Shown: positions 29,572 through 42,619 of the stretch, piece after piece
Numbering within the stretch: the stretch's first letter is position 1
Layout: each line of letters starts with the position of its first letter
NCBI GenBank assembly: GCA_034189385.1
Contig: JAXHVD010000014.1
Span: 1 to 64,000, forward strand
Direction: 5' to 3'
Length of the DNA stretch: 64,000 nt
Source of the DNA: Thermodesulfobacteriota bacterium
GTDB taxonomy: Bacteria; Desulfobacterota; Desulfobacteria; Desulfobacterales; C00003060
Made by a program: the position numbers and the translations under genes
Notes under the pieces: generated by a model
The model's input: only the letters and a program-made list of their open reading frames with translations
What the model was told of the DNA's origin: nothing
Databases searched by the model: none

Positions 29572-30990
29572 TCAATAGGAACCGGCGTGAGCAGAAAGCG
29601 TCTGTTGGTTAAGGGGGGGGCTATAGGACCCGCATATGGCCAGTATCACACGGTCCAGAACAAGCTTGGGATCTTGACCAGTTGTCTTGAGTCGAATATC
29701 AGCATCCAAGAGGACCTCTAGTGCCTTGCCAAGCTCATCAAAGGTATAGTTATCTGCGTGCGCAAAGGTTTTGTATACTACGAAGGGGTGTGTGTTACTG
29801 ATGAGCGCCCCCCCTTCAGCCTTGTCCAGCTCTTTCAGCATGGTTTTCTGGAAGGCCCCATAGCCCATCCCTCTCTTCCAGCCCCTCCCTTGGGGGCGCT
29901 GGGTGAAATCCCTGGCCACGAGCAACTTCCGTACTTGATTGACGGCGGCCGCCAGGATTTGAAGGGGGAAGAAGTCGGCCTTCAAGAGGCTGTCTACAAA
30001 AAAGAGGGCTTTTTCAGTGTCCCTCTCCCCTATGGCATTGGTCAGTTCGTAAATGGGGTCCGCTTTGGTCTTCTCTGAGGCTTCATCAACGTCTTCGGCC
30101 AAGATCTTCTTTCGGTCCCCCACAAATGTAATCAACTTCTCAAGTTCGTTACTGAAGTTGCGTAAACCGCTACCCGTCTTTTGGTACAGGGCCTCAAATC
30201 CGTCCGAGGTCATGGTCTTGCCCGCCCGTTTCAGCGCCCCCGTCATGTAATCTCTCAATGTCTCTTTCTGCTGGCGTTTGTCAACGGCCCTGTCGCCTTG
30301 TGCAACAGAGCAGTCCACGACCACCCCGGCCTTCCTGATGACCTTGTACAGCTTGCGGCGCTTGTCTATGAACTCAGCCGTTAGGACAAGATGGTTTGAC
30401 TCGGGAAAGCCACTGCCCACGACCTCTGCCAAGGCATCGGCATCCTCCCTGTGGACAGGGGCTCCTACTCTTTCCGTGCGGCAATAGTCGATGATGTCCC
30501 TTACCCATGGGCCAACGATCTCTTTATAAGCCTGGGATCCGTGCCCCAAGGCCCCACCCAGAGACTTCTCCCATTCTCCTTGGCCAACATCTTCTAGGGT
30601 CAAGTCCGCGATGCCCAGCATGGTGACAAAATGCCGTGCCGACCGCTTCAGGTCCTGCTTCTCAAAGGCGGTTTTTGACTTGATCAAGAGCTCATGGACA
30701 GACACCTTTGAATAGAACAGGTTGGTGTCGTGCACGGCAATGACTTTCGGCCCTGGAAGGAGAGGGAATGTGTTTAAGCGTGCAATCACATCCCCAATCG
30801 CTGCGCTATCGCCGTCCAGCGCTTCATAGTTTAGGCCCTGTTGATGCGGGGCAATGATGCGATCTAGGAGGGTCTTAAAGGCCAACTTGTACAAGAATTC
30901 GTCACCATGAAGCAGGTAAACAGGCGCGGCTCCGGTCTTATCTGCCTCAGTCATCACCCCCTTTAGATCTTCGTACCTAATCTCGGGCAT
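29572..30990 (-). CDS. holA: DNA polymerase III delta subunit
   Basis: PVYLLHGDEFL, NELEKL, IYELTNAI, ADIRLKT. Confidence 0.85.
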   Translation of the reverse strand: MPEIRYEDLKGVMTEADKTGAAPVYLLHGDEFLYKLAFKTLLDRIIAPHQQGLNYEALDGDSAAIGDVIARLNTFPLLPGPKVIAVHDTNLFYSKVSVHELLIKSKTAFEKQDLKRSARHFVTMLGIADLTLEDVGQGEWEKSLGGALGHGSQAYKEIVGPWVRDIIDYCRTERVGAPVHREDADALAEVVGSGFPESNHLVLTAEFIDKRRKLYKVIRKAGVVVDCSVAQGDRAVDKRQQKETLRDYMTGALKRAGKTMTSDGFEALYQKTGSGLRNFSNELEKLITFVGDRKKILAEDVDEASEKTKADPIYELTNAIGERDTEKALFFVDSLLKADFFPLQILAAAVNQVRKLLVARDFTQRPQGRGWKRGMGYGAFQKTMLKELDKAEGGALISNTHPFVVYKTFAHADNYTFDELGKALEVLLDADIRLKTTGQDPKLVLDRVILAICGSYSPPLNQQTLSAHAGSY

Positions 30991-31744
30991 TGCGCCGCCA
31001 TAATAAAACGAGCATGGCCATGGCAATGACGGCCATGGCCACACCGATCATTTGAGACGTTGATATGATGCCCCCCAGAAGCACCCCCCGGTCATCCCCT
31101 CTAAAGCATTCAATGATGGACCGGCTCACCCCGTACAGGAGTACATAGGCCCAAAATATCTGGCCTTGGGCCCTCTGAAGGCGCCTCAATCCCACAAGGA
31201 CTGCAAATATAAGGAGGCCGTTTAAGGAAGAATAGAGTTGCGTCGGATGAAGCGGCACCCCAATCGGGGCCAGTGAGTCAGGGTCTGTAAAGACAACGGC
31301 CCATGGCAGGGTGCAGGCCTTTCCGTAGCAGCAGCCGGCAGAGAAGCACCCCAGGCGTCCTATGAACTGGCCAAAGGCAATGGACGGGGCTAGGATGTCT
31401 GCCGTCTTCCAGAGGGAAAGCCCCTTCACCCTCACATACCACAGTGCCGTCACGAAGGCAGCGATGAACCCCCCATAAAATACAAGCCCACCGCGCCATA
31501 TCCGTATGATCTCAACAGGATCTTGCCGAAAAGTCGGCCACTCAATCACTACATAGAGTATGCGAGAACCCACGATAGCGGCAATGAGTACGTAGAAGCA
31601 CAGATCCAGCAGTCTATCGGGATCTTCCCCGACCCTACGGGCCTCCTTGAGAGCCAGCGCCATGGCAGCAAGGAATGCAATGGCCACAAAAACGCCATAG
31701 GTGTGGAGTGCAAAAGGGCCTATGTGAAACAATACAGGATGCAT
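30977..31744 (-). CDS. lgt: Prolipoprotein diacylglyceryl transferase
   Basis: GGLVFYGG, GRLGCFSAGCCYG, HPTQLY. Confidence 0.95.
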   Translation of the reverse strand: MHPVLFHIGPFALHTYGVFVAIAFLAAMALALKEARRVGEDPDRLLDLCFYVLIAAIVGSRILYVVIEWPTFRQDPVEIIRIWRGGLVFYGGFIAAFVTALWYVRVKGLSLWKTADILAPSIAFGQFIGRLGCFSAGCCYGKACTLPWAVVFTDPDSLAPIGVPLHPTQLYSSLNGLLIFAVLVGLRRLQRAQGQIFWAYVLLYGVSRSIIECFRGDDRGVLLGGIISTSQMIGVAMAVIAMAMLVLLWRRNARD

Positions 31745-31890
31745 CGTGCTCGTTTCCGGTGATCTCGTTACTGGTTACTTGTTGCTTGACTGAAACTGGG
31801 GCTTTTCAGGCACACCCCCCTTGACAAAAGGTCATACAACGGGCTGTTACCCAAATGGCTTGTCGCCTTGGGCAAAGAGCCCGTCAGAGG

Positions 31891-32379
31891 TTATACTTTT
31901 CTCATGAGCGCTAAGACAAACAGAGTTCCGGCCCCAACCGATATGGCACTGTCCGCGATGTTGAAGGCAGGCCAATGGGTGTTCCCAATATAGAAGTCAA
32001 GAAAATCAACAACCTCTCCAAAACGAAGGCGATCGATGAGGTTTCCCAAGGCCCCCCCAAATATCATGGCAAAGGCCCCCCCAATCCATGGCTTGCCGGG
32101 AGTGACCCTGGAATAAAAGATCAGAATGATAACAAGGGCCAAGACCGAGATGGCCAAGAAGAACAGGGTGCGCATCCCAGTCGCGTCTCCTGCCAGCAAC
32201 CCAAAGGCACCGCCAGTGTTGCGGATGTGGACCAGTGAGAAAAGCCCCGGAATCACCACGAGGGATTCATGAAGTGAAAAGGCGTGAACGACAATGGCCT
32301 TGGTCACCTGATCCAACACGACAATAATGCCTGCGAACAAGAAAAATGTTGAATACTTCTTACCGCTAAAGGCAACCAT
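31891..32379 (-). CDS. lspA: Signal peptidase II
   Basis: DQVTK, NTGGAFG, GNLIDR, VVDF, FNIAD. Confidence 0.96.
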   Translation of the reverse strand: MVAFSGKKYSTFFLFAGIIVVLDQVTKAIVVHAFSLHESLVVIPGLFSLVHIRNTGGAFGLLAGDATGMRTLFFLAISVLALVIILIFYSRVTPGKPWIGGAFAMIFGGALGNLIDRLRFGEVVDFLDFYIGNTHWPAFNIADSAISVGAGTLFVLALMRKV

Positions 32380-35199
32380 CTAGATACCGTCATCGCCCCT
32401 TTGAAGGGCCTGCACGCATCGAGAACACAGGGTCTGGTGAGTGTGGTCAGTGCCCACAGACAGATCATGTATCCAGCAACGTTCGCACTTTGCGCCAGGG
32501 GCACGATCTATGCCTATGGCAAGGCCTGGGATCTTGTGGCTAAGGGGGCCCTTTTCCAACCCTCTGTTCGACACGATCGATACTTCGGATGCGATAAAAA
32601 CAGCGCGGAGTTCTTCTTCAGTGGGCTTCACTGTTTCGAGGAATTCCTTGGGAAGGTCCAGCGCCACTGCGGCATCGAGGGAGTGGCCGATCACCTTCTG
32701 GACCCTTGCCTCTTCCATGGCCTTGCTCACCTCTCCCCTCAATGTCATGATAGATTCCCATCGTTCTGAAAGCCCTGCATCCAGAAACGATTCGTCTACC
32801 TCGGGCAACTGCGCCAGATGAACACTTGTGGGCCTGTCGTCTGCCTTGGGCATGTGCTGCCATACCTCCTCTGCCATGAAAACAATGATAGGGGCCATGA
32901 GGCGCGCCAAGGTGTCGACAATGATGTACAGTGCACTCTGGGCCGACCGCCTGGCATGGGATTTCCTGGGCGACGTATAGAGTCTGTCCTTTAACACGTC
33001 CAGGTAAAAGGCACCCATATCCAAGGTACAGTAGTTGTACAAGGCATGATAAACGGCATGGAACTCGAAGGATTCATAGGCCCCACGGGTTCGTCTCACC
33101 AGATGCTGAAGTCTGAGTAAGGCAAACCGATCAATCTCGTGCATCTGTGCATATGGCACGACATCTCCCTTAGGATCAAAATCGCCCAAGTTGCCAAGGA
33201 TGAACCGGCTGGTGTTACGGATCCGGCGGTAGGCGTCTGTCAGCTGTTTGAGGATCTTCTCCGATATCTTGATATCATCCTGGTAGTCTGATGCCGCAAC
33301 CCACAGCCGGAGGATCTCGGCACCATAGCGGTTAATGATCTCGCTGGGCGCAATCACGTTCCCCTTGGACTTGGACATCTTTTCTCCCTTACCATCCACG
33401 ACAAAACCGTGGGTCAGCACACTCCGGTAAGGGGCCTTCCCACGGGTACCCACGGCAGTGAGCAACGCACTATGGAACCATCCCCGATGCTGATCGCTCC
33501 CCTCCAGGTACATGTCTGCCGGCCACCTGAGACCATCTCTAGCCTCAAGGACAGCGGTGTGGCTTACCCCTGAGTCAAACCACACATCCAAAATATCCTT
33601 CTCTTTATCAAAGGTGTCTCCCTGGCATTCAGGGCACTTTGTCCCCTTAGGCAGGAGAAAGGCCGCGTCGGCTTCAAACCAGATGTCAGCCCCATGGGCT
33701 TCAAAGAGGGCGGCCACATGATCAATGATGTCGGCCGTGATGAGGCGTGATCGGCATTTTGTGCAATAAAAAGCCACAATGGGCACCCCCCACGACCGCT
33801 GCCTGGAGATACACCAGTCCGGGCGGTTCTCAATCATCCCGTAGATGCGGTCCCGACCCCAAGCCGGAATCCAGCGTACCTGGTCAATAGATGTCAGGGC
33901 CTTTTGTCTCAGCCCTGCCTTCTCCATAGAAATGAACCATTGCTCCGTGGCCCGAAAGATCACGGGTTCCTTGCAACGCCAGCAGTGAGGGTACGTATGC
34001 TCCACGCGCCCTTTACTGACCAGTTTCCCGCATTCTTCAAGCTTGGAAATGACAACGCTGTTTGCATCAAAAACAAACATACCGGCCAGAAACTCCACAT
34101 CTTTTTCAAAGCAGCCATCATCGTCCACAGGGGAATAGATCTCTAAGCCATACTCCAGGCCAGCCTCATAGTCTTCCCGTCCGTGGCCCGGTGCCGTGTG
34201 GACACAACCCGTTCCAGTATCCAAGGTCACGTGCTCAGCAAGGATTACCATAGAGTCTCGATCGTAGAGGGGATGACGGCACAGGGACTTCTCCAGTCTG
34301 TGGGGGTCCACTTGTTCCAATACCTTATAGTCCCTGATCCCAGAGGCCTCCATGGTGCTCTCCACAAGGGCCTGGGCCAGGATATAAACCTCGCCGCCCC
34401 CTACGTCCACTGCCACATACTCAAAGGCAGGATGGATGGCCACAGCCAGATTGGCCGGAATTGTCCATGGGGTAGTCGTCCAGATGACCAGAGAGACGTT
34501 CTTTCCCTTCAGGGAGGGGAAATCGCCTCCTATGTCTGAAATCAGAGGGAACTTGACGTAGATAGATGGAGAGGTGCGGCTCTTGTACTCCACTTCTGCT
34601 TCTGCCAGGGCTGTGTGACACGTGCTGCACCAATAGATAGGCTTGGTGCTCTTAAAGAGGCTTCCGTCAGCGGCAAATTTTCCAAACTCCCTGACGATAG
34701 TTGCCACATAGCCGTGGTTCATCGTGAGATAGGGGTTATCCCACTCGCCCATCACACCGAGCCTCTTGAACTCTTCCCTCTGGAGCCCAATGTATTTCTT
34801 TGCATAGGCCCGGCACTGCCTTCTCACTTCTGTTTGACCCATCTCTTTCTTCTTCTCGCCAAGCTCCTGGTCAACCTGATGCTCAATGGGAAGGCCGTGG
34901 CAATCCCATCCCGGCACATAGGGCACGTTAAAACCATTCATCTGGCGAGATCGGATAATCATGTCCTTCAATATCTTGTTCAGGGCCGTGCCAATATGGA
35001 TATGTCCGTTGGCATAGGGGGGGCCGTCATGAAGAATGAAAGGGGGCTTGCCCTTGGATGCTTCCCTGATCTGTTCGTAAAGCCCGCCGCCTTCCCAGGC
35101 CTTGAGCATTTCAGGTTCTTTCTGAGCAAGATTTGCCTTCATGGGAAAGTCTGTTCGAGGAAGATTCAAAGTGGCTTTATAGTCCATGTCATGCTCCAA
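32380..35199 (-). CDS. ileS: Isoleucine--tRNA ligase
   Basis: [27 protein letters not shown]-terminal CERCW; start may be 35187. Confidence 0.98.
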   Translation of the reverse strand: MEHDMDYKATLNLPRTDFPMKANLAQKEPEMLKAWEGGGLYEQIREASKGKPPFILHDGPPYANGHIHIGTALNKILKDMIIRSRQMNGFNVPYVPGWDCHGLPIEHQVDQELGEKKKEMGQTEVRRQCRAYAKKYIGLQREEFKRLGVMGEWDNPYLTMNHGYVATIVREFGKFAADGSLFKSTKPIYWCSTCHTALAEAEVEYKSRTSPSIYVKFPLISDIGGDFPSLKGKNVSLVIWTTTPWTIPANLAVAIHPAFEYVAVDVGGGEVYILAQALVESTMEASGIRDYKVLEQVDPHRLEKSLCRHPLYDRDSMVILAEHVTLDTGTGCVHTAPGHGREDYEAGLEYGLEIYSPVDDDGCFEKDVEFLAGMFVFDANSVVISKLEECGKLVSKGRVEHTYPHCWRCKEPVIFRATEQWFISMEKAGLRQKALTSIDQVRWIPAWGRDRIYGMIENRPDWCISRQRSWGVPIVAFYCTKCRSRLITADIIDHVAALFEAHGADIWFEADAAFLLPKGTKCPECQGDTFDKEKDILDVWFDSGVSHTAVLEARDGLRWPADMYLEGSDQHRGWFHSALLTAVGTRGKAPYRSVLTHGFVVDGKGEKMSKSKGNVIAPSEIINRYGAEILRLWVAASDYQDDIKISEKILKQLTDAYRRIRNTSRFILGNLGDFDPKGDVVPYAQMHEIDRFALLRLQHLVRRTRGAYESFEFHAVYHALYNYCTLDMGAFYLDVLKDRLYTSPRKSHARRSAQSALYIIVDTLARLMAPIIVFMAEEVWQHMPKADDRPTSVHLAQLPEVDESFLDAGLSERWESIMTLRGEVSKAMEEARVQKVIGHSLDAAVALDLPKEFLETVKPTEEELRAVFIASEVSIVSNRGLEKGPLSHKIPGLAIGIDRAPGAKCERCWIHDLSVGTDHTHQTLCSRCVQALQRGDDGI

Positions 35200-35300
35200 T
35201 GCTGGAAAGATAAATTTTCACGATGCAAATATCACAACACCATGACTTGTCAAGGAAGTGTTGAAGCACCCCAATCGCCACCGCCCCACAAAATATGGAC

Positions 35301-35335
35301 AAAAAAAGGCCTCCATGCCCGCGCACGGAGGCCTT
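35301..35335 (-). terminator. groEL intrinsic terminator
   Basis: AAGGCCTCC / GGAGGCCTT stem with an A7 run. Confidence 0.75.
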
Positions 35336-35370
35336 ATTGAAACAACGAAACTCAGTCAATGGGATATCTG

Positions 35371-37023
<1,653 letters not shown>

Positions 37024-37097
37024 TTAGAATTTTTGTTGCTGGAGATACCAGCAAGCTTCACCTTACACGACCCTTGACACCTTGACCGTGAAGCATT

Positions 37098-37388
37098 CTA
37101 TTTCTCAATCACTCCGAGCACATCGTCTTCACGCATGATGAGGTATTCTGTACCATCGATTTTTACCTCTGTGCCCGCATATTTGCTAAAGAGTATCCGG
37201 TCATCTTTTTTTACGTCAAGGGGAAGCTTCTTACCATCCTCTGAAACTTTCCCTTTCCCCACTGCCATAACCAGACCTTCAGAGGGTTTCTCTTTGGCGC
37301 TGTCCGGGATAATGATCCCCCCCTTGGTCCTTTCTTCTTCTTCAAGACGTTTGACGAGTATTCGGTCTTGCAAAGGTCTAATCTTCAT
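37098..37388 (-). CDS. groES: Co-chaperonin GroES
   Basis: [28 protein letters not shown]. Confidence 0.99.
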   Translation of the reverse strand: MKIRPLQDRILVKRLEEEERTKGGIIIPDSAKEKPSEGLVMAVGKGKVSEDGKKLPLDVKKDDRILFSKYAGTEVKIDGTEYLIMREDDVLGVIEK

Positions 37389-37793
37389 AGTGCTACATCT
37401 CCTTCTTTCTAAATTTTCAGCCTTGTGTTGCCCTCTCTGTGGCGATTCTAACGAACTCTCCGTAAACTAGCCCATGTCACCTCCTTTCGCAAAACACTTC
37501 ATTCTTAAATCAAGCAAAATGGAATTGTGAAAAAACCATCAGGCATACAAATGGAATTGGATCATTCTACAACAAAATATATTCCGAAATATAATCACCG
37601 ACTTGAACTTGTAAAGGGGGAAAGGCAAAAATTTTTCGCCTGGCATGACAAGTGGGGTGGCAGGGACAGCTTCTAGCTAACCCCTAGAATGGGCCTACAA
37701 ACATGACAGATTCTGTGCTGCAACTCCCCTTTAGTACTAAACTTTTTTGATCAAAGGCTGGGCAAACACCTACCGCGGCTCACATCCTATGGC

Positions 37794-38075
37794 TCATCCT
37801 TCCTTCTTTGAAGAGCTCGATTCGCTGGTGCCTGTCTTGTCCTCCCCCCCGGGCTTCTTTTCCTTTTTCTTCGGGGAATGGGGTGCACATCCTGATTTGT
37901 GTGCATAATCCGTGACGTACCAACCGGTACCCTTCAGGTGAAAGGAGCTTTGCGAGATAAGCTTTTGAAGCTTGCCGGAACAGTGTTTACAGGTCGTCAA
38001 CGGCCTATCGGAAAACTTCTGCCAAGCCTCTACGATCCTCCCGCAATTGGTGCATTCATACTCGTAAATCGGCAT
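37794..38075 (-). CDS. FmdB-family zinc-ribbon protein
   Basis: MPIYEYECTNCG...CKHC...FHLKGTGWYVTDY. Confidence 0.92.
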   Translation of the reverse strand: MPIYEYECTNCGRIVEAWQKFSDRPLTTCKHCSGKLQKLISQSSFHLKGTGWYVTDYAHKSGCAPHSPKKKEKKPGGEDKTGTSESSSSKKEG

Positions 38076-38152
38076 CCCAGTACCTCCGTTGGCCCAGATT
38101 CTAACTAAACATAATCAACCATGATCATCTGTCAAGTGGGAAATGGTCCTTG

Positions 38153-38707
38153 TCAAACATCCCTCACCAAGTCCACCTCCCCGTGCCACCCCTTGTAGAA
38201 CTCAAACACCACGTCCAAGCCGCTGATGGGAGCTGGTTCCAAGATCGCCCTTGTCCTGTTATGCACACGCGCCTCTTCTTCCATTCTTTCCTCTGGCGAC
38301 GCCTCAAATGATTGTAGAAACTTGGTGAAACGAATAACATGAATGAGCTCATGGGTAACGATATAAAGGGCAAAAGGGAACAACCGGAGCTCCGGAGCCC
38401 CTCTTAGGGTCGAAAGGATGGTATGGTCCTGAAGACATATCTTGTAAAAATCGTATGTTGAAGAGCCGAGTGACGTCTCCACCTTCCGGCCCACATATCT
38501 CATGATCTGGGCAAAGGGCCCGTTCACCACCTCCTCTGGGGAAAGGTCAGCCAAGGTTTTGACATCATATCTGCGGGACCGCCATTCGGCGAAAGACATC
38601 TTGTAAGCATTGCTTGCCAGCTCTTCGGCCAAGGCAACTGCTTCGTTGACCACTTCCAATTGATGTCCCTCGAAATGTGGCAGTGCTTCTATGGATACCA
38701 TCTCCAC
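38153..38707 (-). CDS. Conserved hypothetical protein with HExxH motif
   Basis: HELIH motif; coherent ORF. Confidence 0.75.
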   Translation of the reverse strand: MEMVSIEALPHFEGHQLEVVNEAVALAEELASNAYKMSFAEWRSRRYDVKTLADLSPEEVVNGPFAQIMRYVGRKVETSLGSSTYDFYKICLQDHTILSTLRGAPELRLFPFALYIVTHELIHVIRFTKFLQSFEASPEERMEEEARVHNRTRAILEPAPISGLDVVFEFYKGWHGEVDLVRDV

Positions 38708-38733
38708 CCGCTTTGAGAAGGCCTAATCCTTTT

Positions 38734-38937
38734 TGTAACGTTCAAAAGTGTTGATTTGGTGGATTTCTGGACAACCAACTTCGAGATAGGAACAATCGCT
38801 TCCCTTCGGCATCCAATGCCTTTAGTTAGCCTATGCCATTTGTGTAGATGGCAATGGCTGTATGCCTGCGTTCAGCGATCATCCCTATCCCTCTGACTGC
38901 CTGCTGAAGGCCTTTGCCGCAACTTTTGAACATTACC
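38734..38937. mobile_element. MITE family B, copy inverted relative to 44142
   Basis: TIR GTAACGTTCAAAAG / CTTTTGAACATTACC; AATCCTTT on both flanks (left boundary +/-1). Confidence 0.85.
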
Positions 38938-39184
38938 AATCCTTTACTTCTTAACACATTATTTGAGCTACAGCCAGCTTTCTATAGACGGACTGCAGCC
39001 CGAACAGGGATACCTTTAGCCGTTTATCACACCCCTTCTCTGGCCCTGGCCAAGGCACGGGGTCCTGAGACTGCAACGGAAAGGCAGCATACAGGGACGC
39101 CATCAGGAAAAGGCTGGACATCCCCCTTTTGTTATAATAAGAAAAAGCCCGGTTTGTAAGGACTCAAGGAATGGAGGTGATGCT

Positions 39185-39280
39185 GTGGGAAGTGTGATCA
39201 AGAAACGGAAGAAGAAAATGCGCAAGCATAAACACAAAAAGTTGATGGCCCGCACCCGCCATCAAAGAAGGAAGAAGTGA
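39185..39280 (+). CDS. AURKAIP1/COX24-domain (bS22-like) small basic protein
   Basis: GGAGGTG SD, GTG start; MGSVIKKRKKKMRKHKHKKLMARTRHQRRKK; below the ORF-track cutoff. Confidence 0.9.
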   Translation: MGSVIKKRKKKMRKHKHKKLMARTRHQRRKK

Positions 39281-39310
39281 TAATGACCACATATTGCTTT
39301 TCCGACACAC

Positions 39311-39356
39311 AAAAGGCACCGCAAACCTCCAAGAAACGCGGTGCCTTTTCTTTTTT
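39311..39356. terminator. Bidirectional intrinsic terminator
   Basis: AAAAGGCACCGC / GCGGTGCCTTTT stem with a T-run. Confidence 0.75.
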
Positions 39357-39397
39357 GTGCAGATGACTGAAGGCTTCTTACACGATGACCGAAAAGC

Positions 39398-40342
39398 CTA
39401 TTTCCCGCCCATATACCCCTTTAAATATTTAAAAAACTCCGTGTCTGTGGAAAGTACCAGTGAGCTGTCCTTGTCCAGGGTCTCTTTGTAGATCTCAAGG
39501 GTCTTTACAAAGGAGTAGAAATCTGGATCCAGACCATAGGAGTCAGCATAGATCTTTGTAGCCTCTGCATCGGCCTTTCCCATGATGTCCTGGGCCTTCT
39601 TGTAGGCCTCTGACGTAATCTGCTTCAGATCTCTTTCCTTGTCACCTTCAATCTTGCGGGCCTCCCCTTTTCCCTCTGAACGAAACTTCTCTGCAATCTG
39701 CTTCCGCTCGGCAATCATGCGGGCAAACACCGATCTCTGGACCTCCTCCACATAATTGACCCGCTTGATCTTGACGTCCACCAGCTCAATGCCGAACTTC
39801 GCAAGCTTGGGCTGGGCCTGCTCCATGATGCTTCTGGTGATCCCCCTTCGACCTACTTTTACTGAGCCCAGGTCCCTCTTGTCCTTCATGTCCTCCAGGC
39901 CCAGTTCAAAGGTGTCCAGCTCCCGGTCTGTTCTCCTTACCGTTTCAATGAGGGGATATTCGGCCACCAGATTTCGCACCGCCGGGTCCAAGATGTCGTC
40001 CAAACGCCCCTGAGCGCCCGTCATGTTGTTGACTGTCTGGAAAAACTTCAGGGGATCAACGATCTTCCAGCGTGCAAAGGTGTCTACCCATATAAATGTC
40101 TTGTCCTTCGTGGGGATCTGTCCGGGGTCGCCATCCCACTCCTGGAGATTCTTGGGAAAGTAGTTCACATTCTGTATAAAAGGGACCTTGAATCTTAAGC
40201 CTGGCTCCGTAATGGGTTGGCCTACCACCTTGCCAAACTGGGTCACCACAACCTGCTGGGTTTCATCTACGGTGTAGACCCCTCCAGAGATGACAAGGAG
40301 GGCGATAATGGCAACTAAAATGACAAACCCTTTAGCCTTCAT
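39398..40342 (-). CDS. hflC: FtsH modulator HflC
   Basis: SPFH domain; ARMIAERKQIAEKFRSEG. Confidence 0.95.
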   Translation of the reverse strand: MKAKGFVILVAIIALLVISGGVYTVDETQQVVVTQFGKVVGQPITEPGLRFKVPFIQNVNYFPKNLQEWDGDPGQIPTKDKTFIWVDTFARWKIVDPLKFFQTVNNMTGAQGRLDDILDPAVRNLVAEYPLIETVRRTDRELDTFELGLEDMKDKRDLGSVKVGRRGITRSIMEQAQPKLAKFGIELVDVKIKRVNYVEEVQRSVFARMIAERKQIAEKFRSEGKGEARKIEGDKERDLKQITSEAYKKAQDIMGKADAEATKIYADSYGLDPDFYSFVKTLEIYKETLDKDSSLVLSTDTEFFKYLKGYMGGK

Positions 40343-41373
40343 TTCGGCGCCCCCTCTTCTTTGCCCAGATTCAGTAACGGCAGTACGTTCTTCTGGTCCG
40401 CATCAATGACATATTTCTTTCCTAACTTAGGGAACAGGTCCTTAAGCGCTTCCAGATAAAGACGCCTGCGCGTCACGTCCCTGGCCTTGGCATATTCCTC
40501 ATACTGGGCCGCAAACCTGGCCGCATCGCCCTTGGCCCGGTTCACCCGATCCAGGGCATACCCCTCGGCCGCCTTGATGGTCTTTTCAGCATTTCCCTTG
40601 GCAGCCGGGATCGCCTTGTTGTATTCCTCTCTGGCCTGATAGACCATGCGTTCCTTTTCCTGAATGGCCTGGTTCACCTCGTTGAAGGACGGCTGCACCG
40701 GTTCCGGTACATTGGTCTTCTTCATCTCAATGGTGGAAACATAGATCCCTGTTTCCGCCTCATCCAGTTCCTCCTGCAACAGCCCTCGTGCCTCTATAGC
40801 AATCTCTTCTCTCTTGCTGATGACCTCGTTGATACTCCTGTCGCCCACTACCAACCGCATCGTGGACTCTGACAAGTCCCGCAACGTGCTCTTTACGTTG
40901 TAGACCTTGAAAAGGTACTTCTGGGGATCCTTTACCCGGTACTGCACGATCCAGGGCACCACGCCCACGTTCAGGTCCCCTGTGAGCATCAAAGACTCCT
41001 CGTCATAGGCCTTTCCAGCGGCGTATTGTGTGCGCACACCCGCCTGAAGGGTTCTGAAACCGAACTCCTCCTTATAGACAAAGCGCACCTTGACCTTGGT
41101 GACCTTCTCAATACCTCTGGGAAACTTGACATGCAGCCCAGGGTTCACCGTTCTCACATACCGGCCAAACCGCTGCACCACGCCCACCTCGTCCACGGCC
41201 ACCGTATATACAGTGGAAGCACCCAGAAAGACAATGGCGATGAGAAGGAGAATGAGCCAGCCACCAGGGAGCTTAAACTCCTTGAATCTCTTCAGCACTT
41301 CGTCCATCTGTGGCCCCCCGCCGCCGCCAGATCTCTGTTGCTGTTGCTTAAGCTTATCCCAATCCCAGGGCAT
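40339..41373 (-). CDS. hflK: FtsH modulator HflK
   Basis: MPW start, MLTGDLN, VTRRRLYLE. Confidence 0.95.
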   Translation of the reverse strand: MPWDWDKLKQQQQRSGGGGGPQMDEVLKRFKEFKLPGGWLILLLIAIVFLGASTVYTVAVDEVGVVQRFGRYVRTVNPGLHVKFPRGIEKVTKVKVRFVYKEEFGFRTLQAGVRTQYAAGKAYDEESLMLTGDLNVGVVPWIVQYRVKDPQKYLFKVYNVKSTLRDLSESTMRLVVGDRSINEVISKREEIAIEARGLLQEELDEAETGIYVSTIEMKKTNVPEPVQPSFNEVNQAIQEKERMVYQAREEYNKAIPAAKGNAEKTIKAAEGYALDRVNRAKGDAARFAAQYEEYAKARDVTRRRLYLEALKDLFPKLGKKYVIDADQKNVLPLLNLGKEEGAPK

Positions 41374-41525
41374 GATTCGCTCCTATCTATCGGTCTCTGA
41401 CATCCATTTTCTTCTAGACACAGCTACCACTATAGGTAAGCCCATAGACCTGGTCAAGGGAAAAGCGGTAGCAAAACACAGATTTGTTGACACCTAGAAC
41501 AAGGGTCAACTATATCCTCTTTGTC

Positions 41526-41840
41526 ATGAAGCGCAAACAGATGGCAAAGCCAGCCCCTCTCGGGAGCGTGTTGAAAGAAGCCCTAAAGGCGTCTCATATC
41601 GACGTGGATCTGGAGCTCTATGGGCTCTGGGAGCTGTGGCCGGACACCGTAGGGCCCCTTATTGAAAAAAACGCCCGGCCTGCCGCCATTAAAGGGAAAT
41701 TGCTTCTAGTAAACGTCTCGAGCGCTCCATGGATACAACAGCTTCAATACCTAAAACAAGAGTTGATCCAGAAACTAAATCAGGCCCTTGGCAGGAACGC
41801 AGTGGCAGACATTCGGTTCAAGATCGGCCCCTTGGAATGA
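41526..41840 (+). CDS. DciA/DUF721-family protein
   Basis: W..TVGP.I..NARP, LLVNVSSAPWIQQLQY. Confidence 0.85.
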   Translation: MKRKQMAKPAPLGSVLKEALKASHIDVDLELYGLWELWPDTVGPLIEKNARPAAIKGKLLLVNVSSAPWIQQLQYLKQELIQKLNQALGRNAVADIRFKIGPLE

Positions 41841-42558
41841 CGGACGACTCCCCTAGCATGGCCATCATTTCCTGACTATAGCTTCCATCTTTGTTGTGGA
41901 CAACAAGGGGGGCGGCGACCTTGAGGCCTGGTTTGCCACGTTTTAGCCCCTCTGCCAGGACCAACTCGGCATCTTTATTCTCCTTGGAATGGACCCATCT
42001 GAGTCCCTTGGGTTCAAGCTTTGAGGCTCGCATCTGCGTGAGAAGGTCTGTGGCACGGTCAGCAGCATAGATCACAAAGACACGGCCTGAGGTCTTGAGG
42101 AGCTTTTCAGCAACCCAGAGGACATCAGAGATAGCAGCTTTCACCTCGTGCTTGGCCACAGCCTTCTCAGGATCTGGATTAAGCCGACCAGAGTGGAGTT
42201 TGCGGTAAGGGGGGTTGCTGCATACGACATCTGCTACCCCCGATCTGAGATAGGGCCCGAGATCTTTCATGTCGGTGTGCAAAATGGTAATCTGGCCCTC
42301 CATATGATTCAGCCTCACGTTCTTTAAGGCCAGTTCAGCTAAGTCCTTCTGAATCTCAATCCCATAAACCTGTAGTAGCGGAAACCGGGAGGCCAAGATG
42401 AGAGGAATAATTCCACAGCCGGTCCCTAGATCAACTGCCACAGCTGGGGCTTTCAAAGATACATGATGGGCGAGCACGACGGCGTCAATGGAAAACCTGT
42501 ACCCCCTCCTTTTCTGGCATATTCTAAGTCCCTTCAGAAAAGGCGTCTCTGTAGTCAT
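41818..42558 (-). CDS. tRNA1(Val) adenine(37)-N6 methyltransferase-like protein
   Basis: GYRFSIDAVVLA, DLGTGCG, NPPY. Confidence 0.88.
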   Translation of the reverse strand: MTTETPFLKGLRICQKRRGYRFSIDAVVLAHHVSLKAPAVAVDLGTGCGIIPLILASRFPLLQVYGIEIQKDLAELALKNVRLNHMEGQITILHTDMKDLGPYLRSGVADVVCSNPPYRKLHSGRLNPDPEKAVAKHEVKAAISDVLWVAEKLLKTSGRVFVIYAADRATDLLTQMRASKLEPKGLRWVHSKENKDAELVLAEGLKRGKPGLKVAAPLVVHNKDGSYSQEMMAMLGESSVIPRGRS

Positions 42559-42619
42559 GATCAGTCCTTCGGGGAAGAGCCCAACTCAGCGGCCTGGCAT
42601 TTTGTGATAAGCAAAAGGC

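Noticed and set aside
37731..37740. TTAGTACTAA palindrome as CIRCA
   Set aside because: Lacks the 9-nt spacer and the consensus arms
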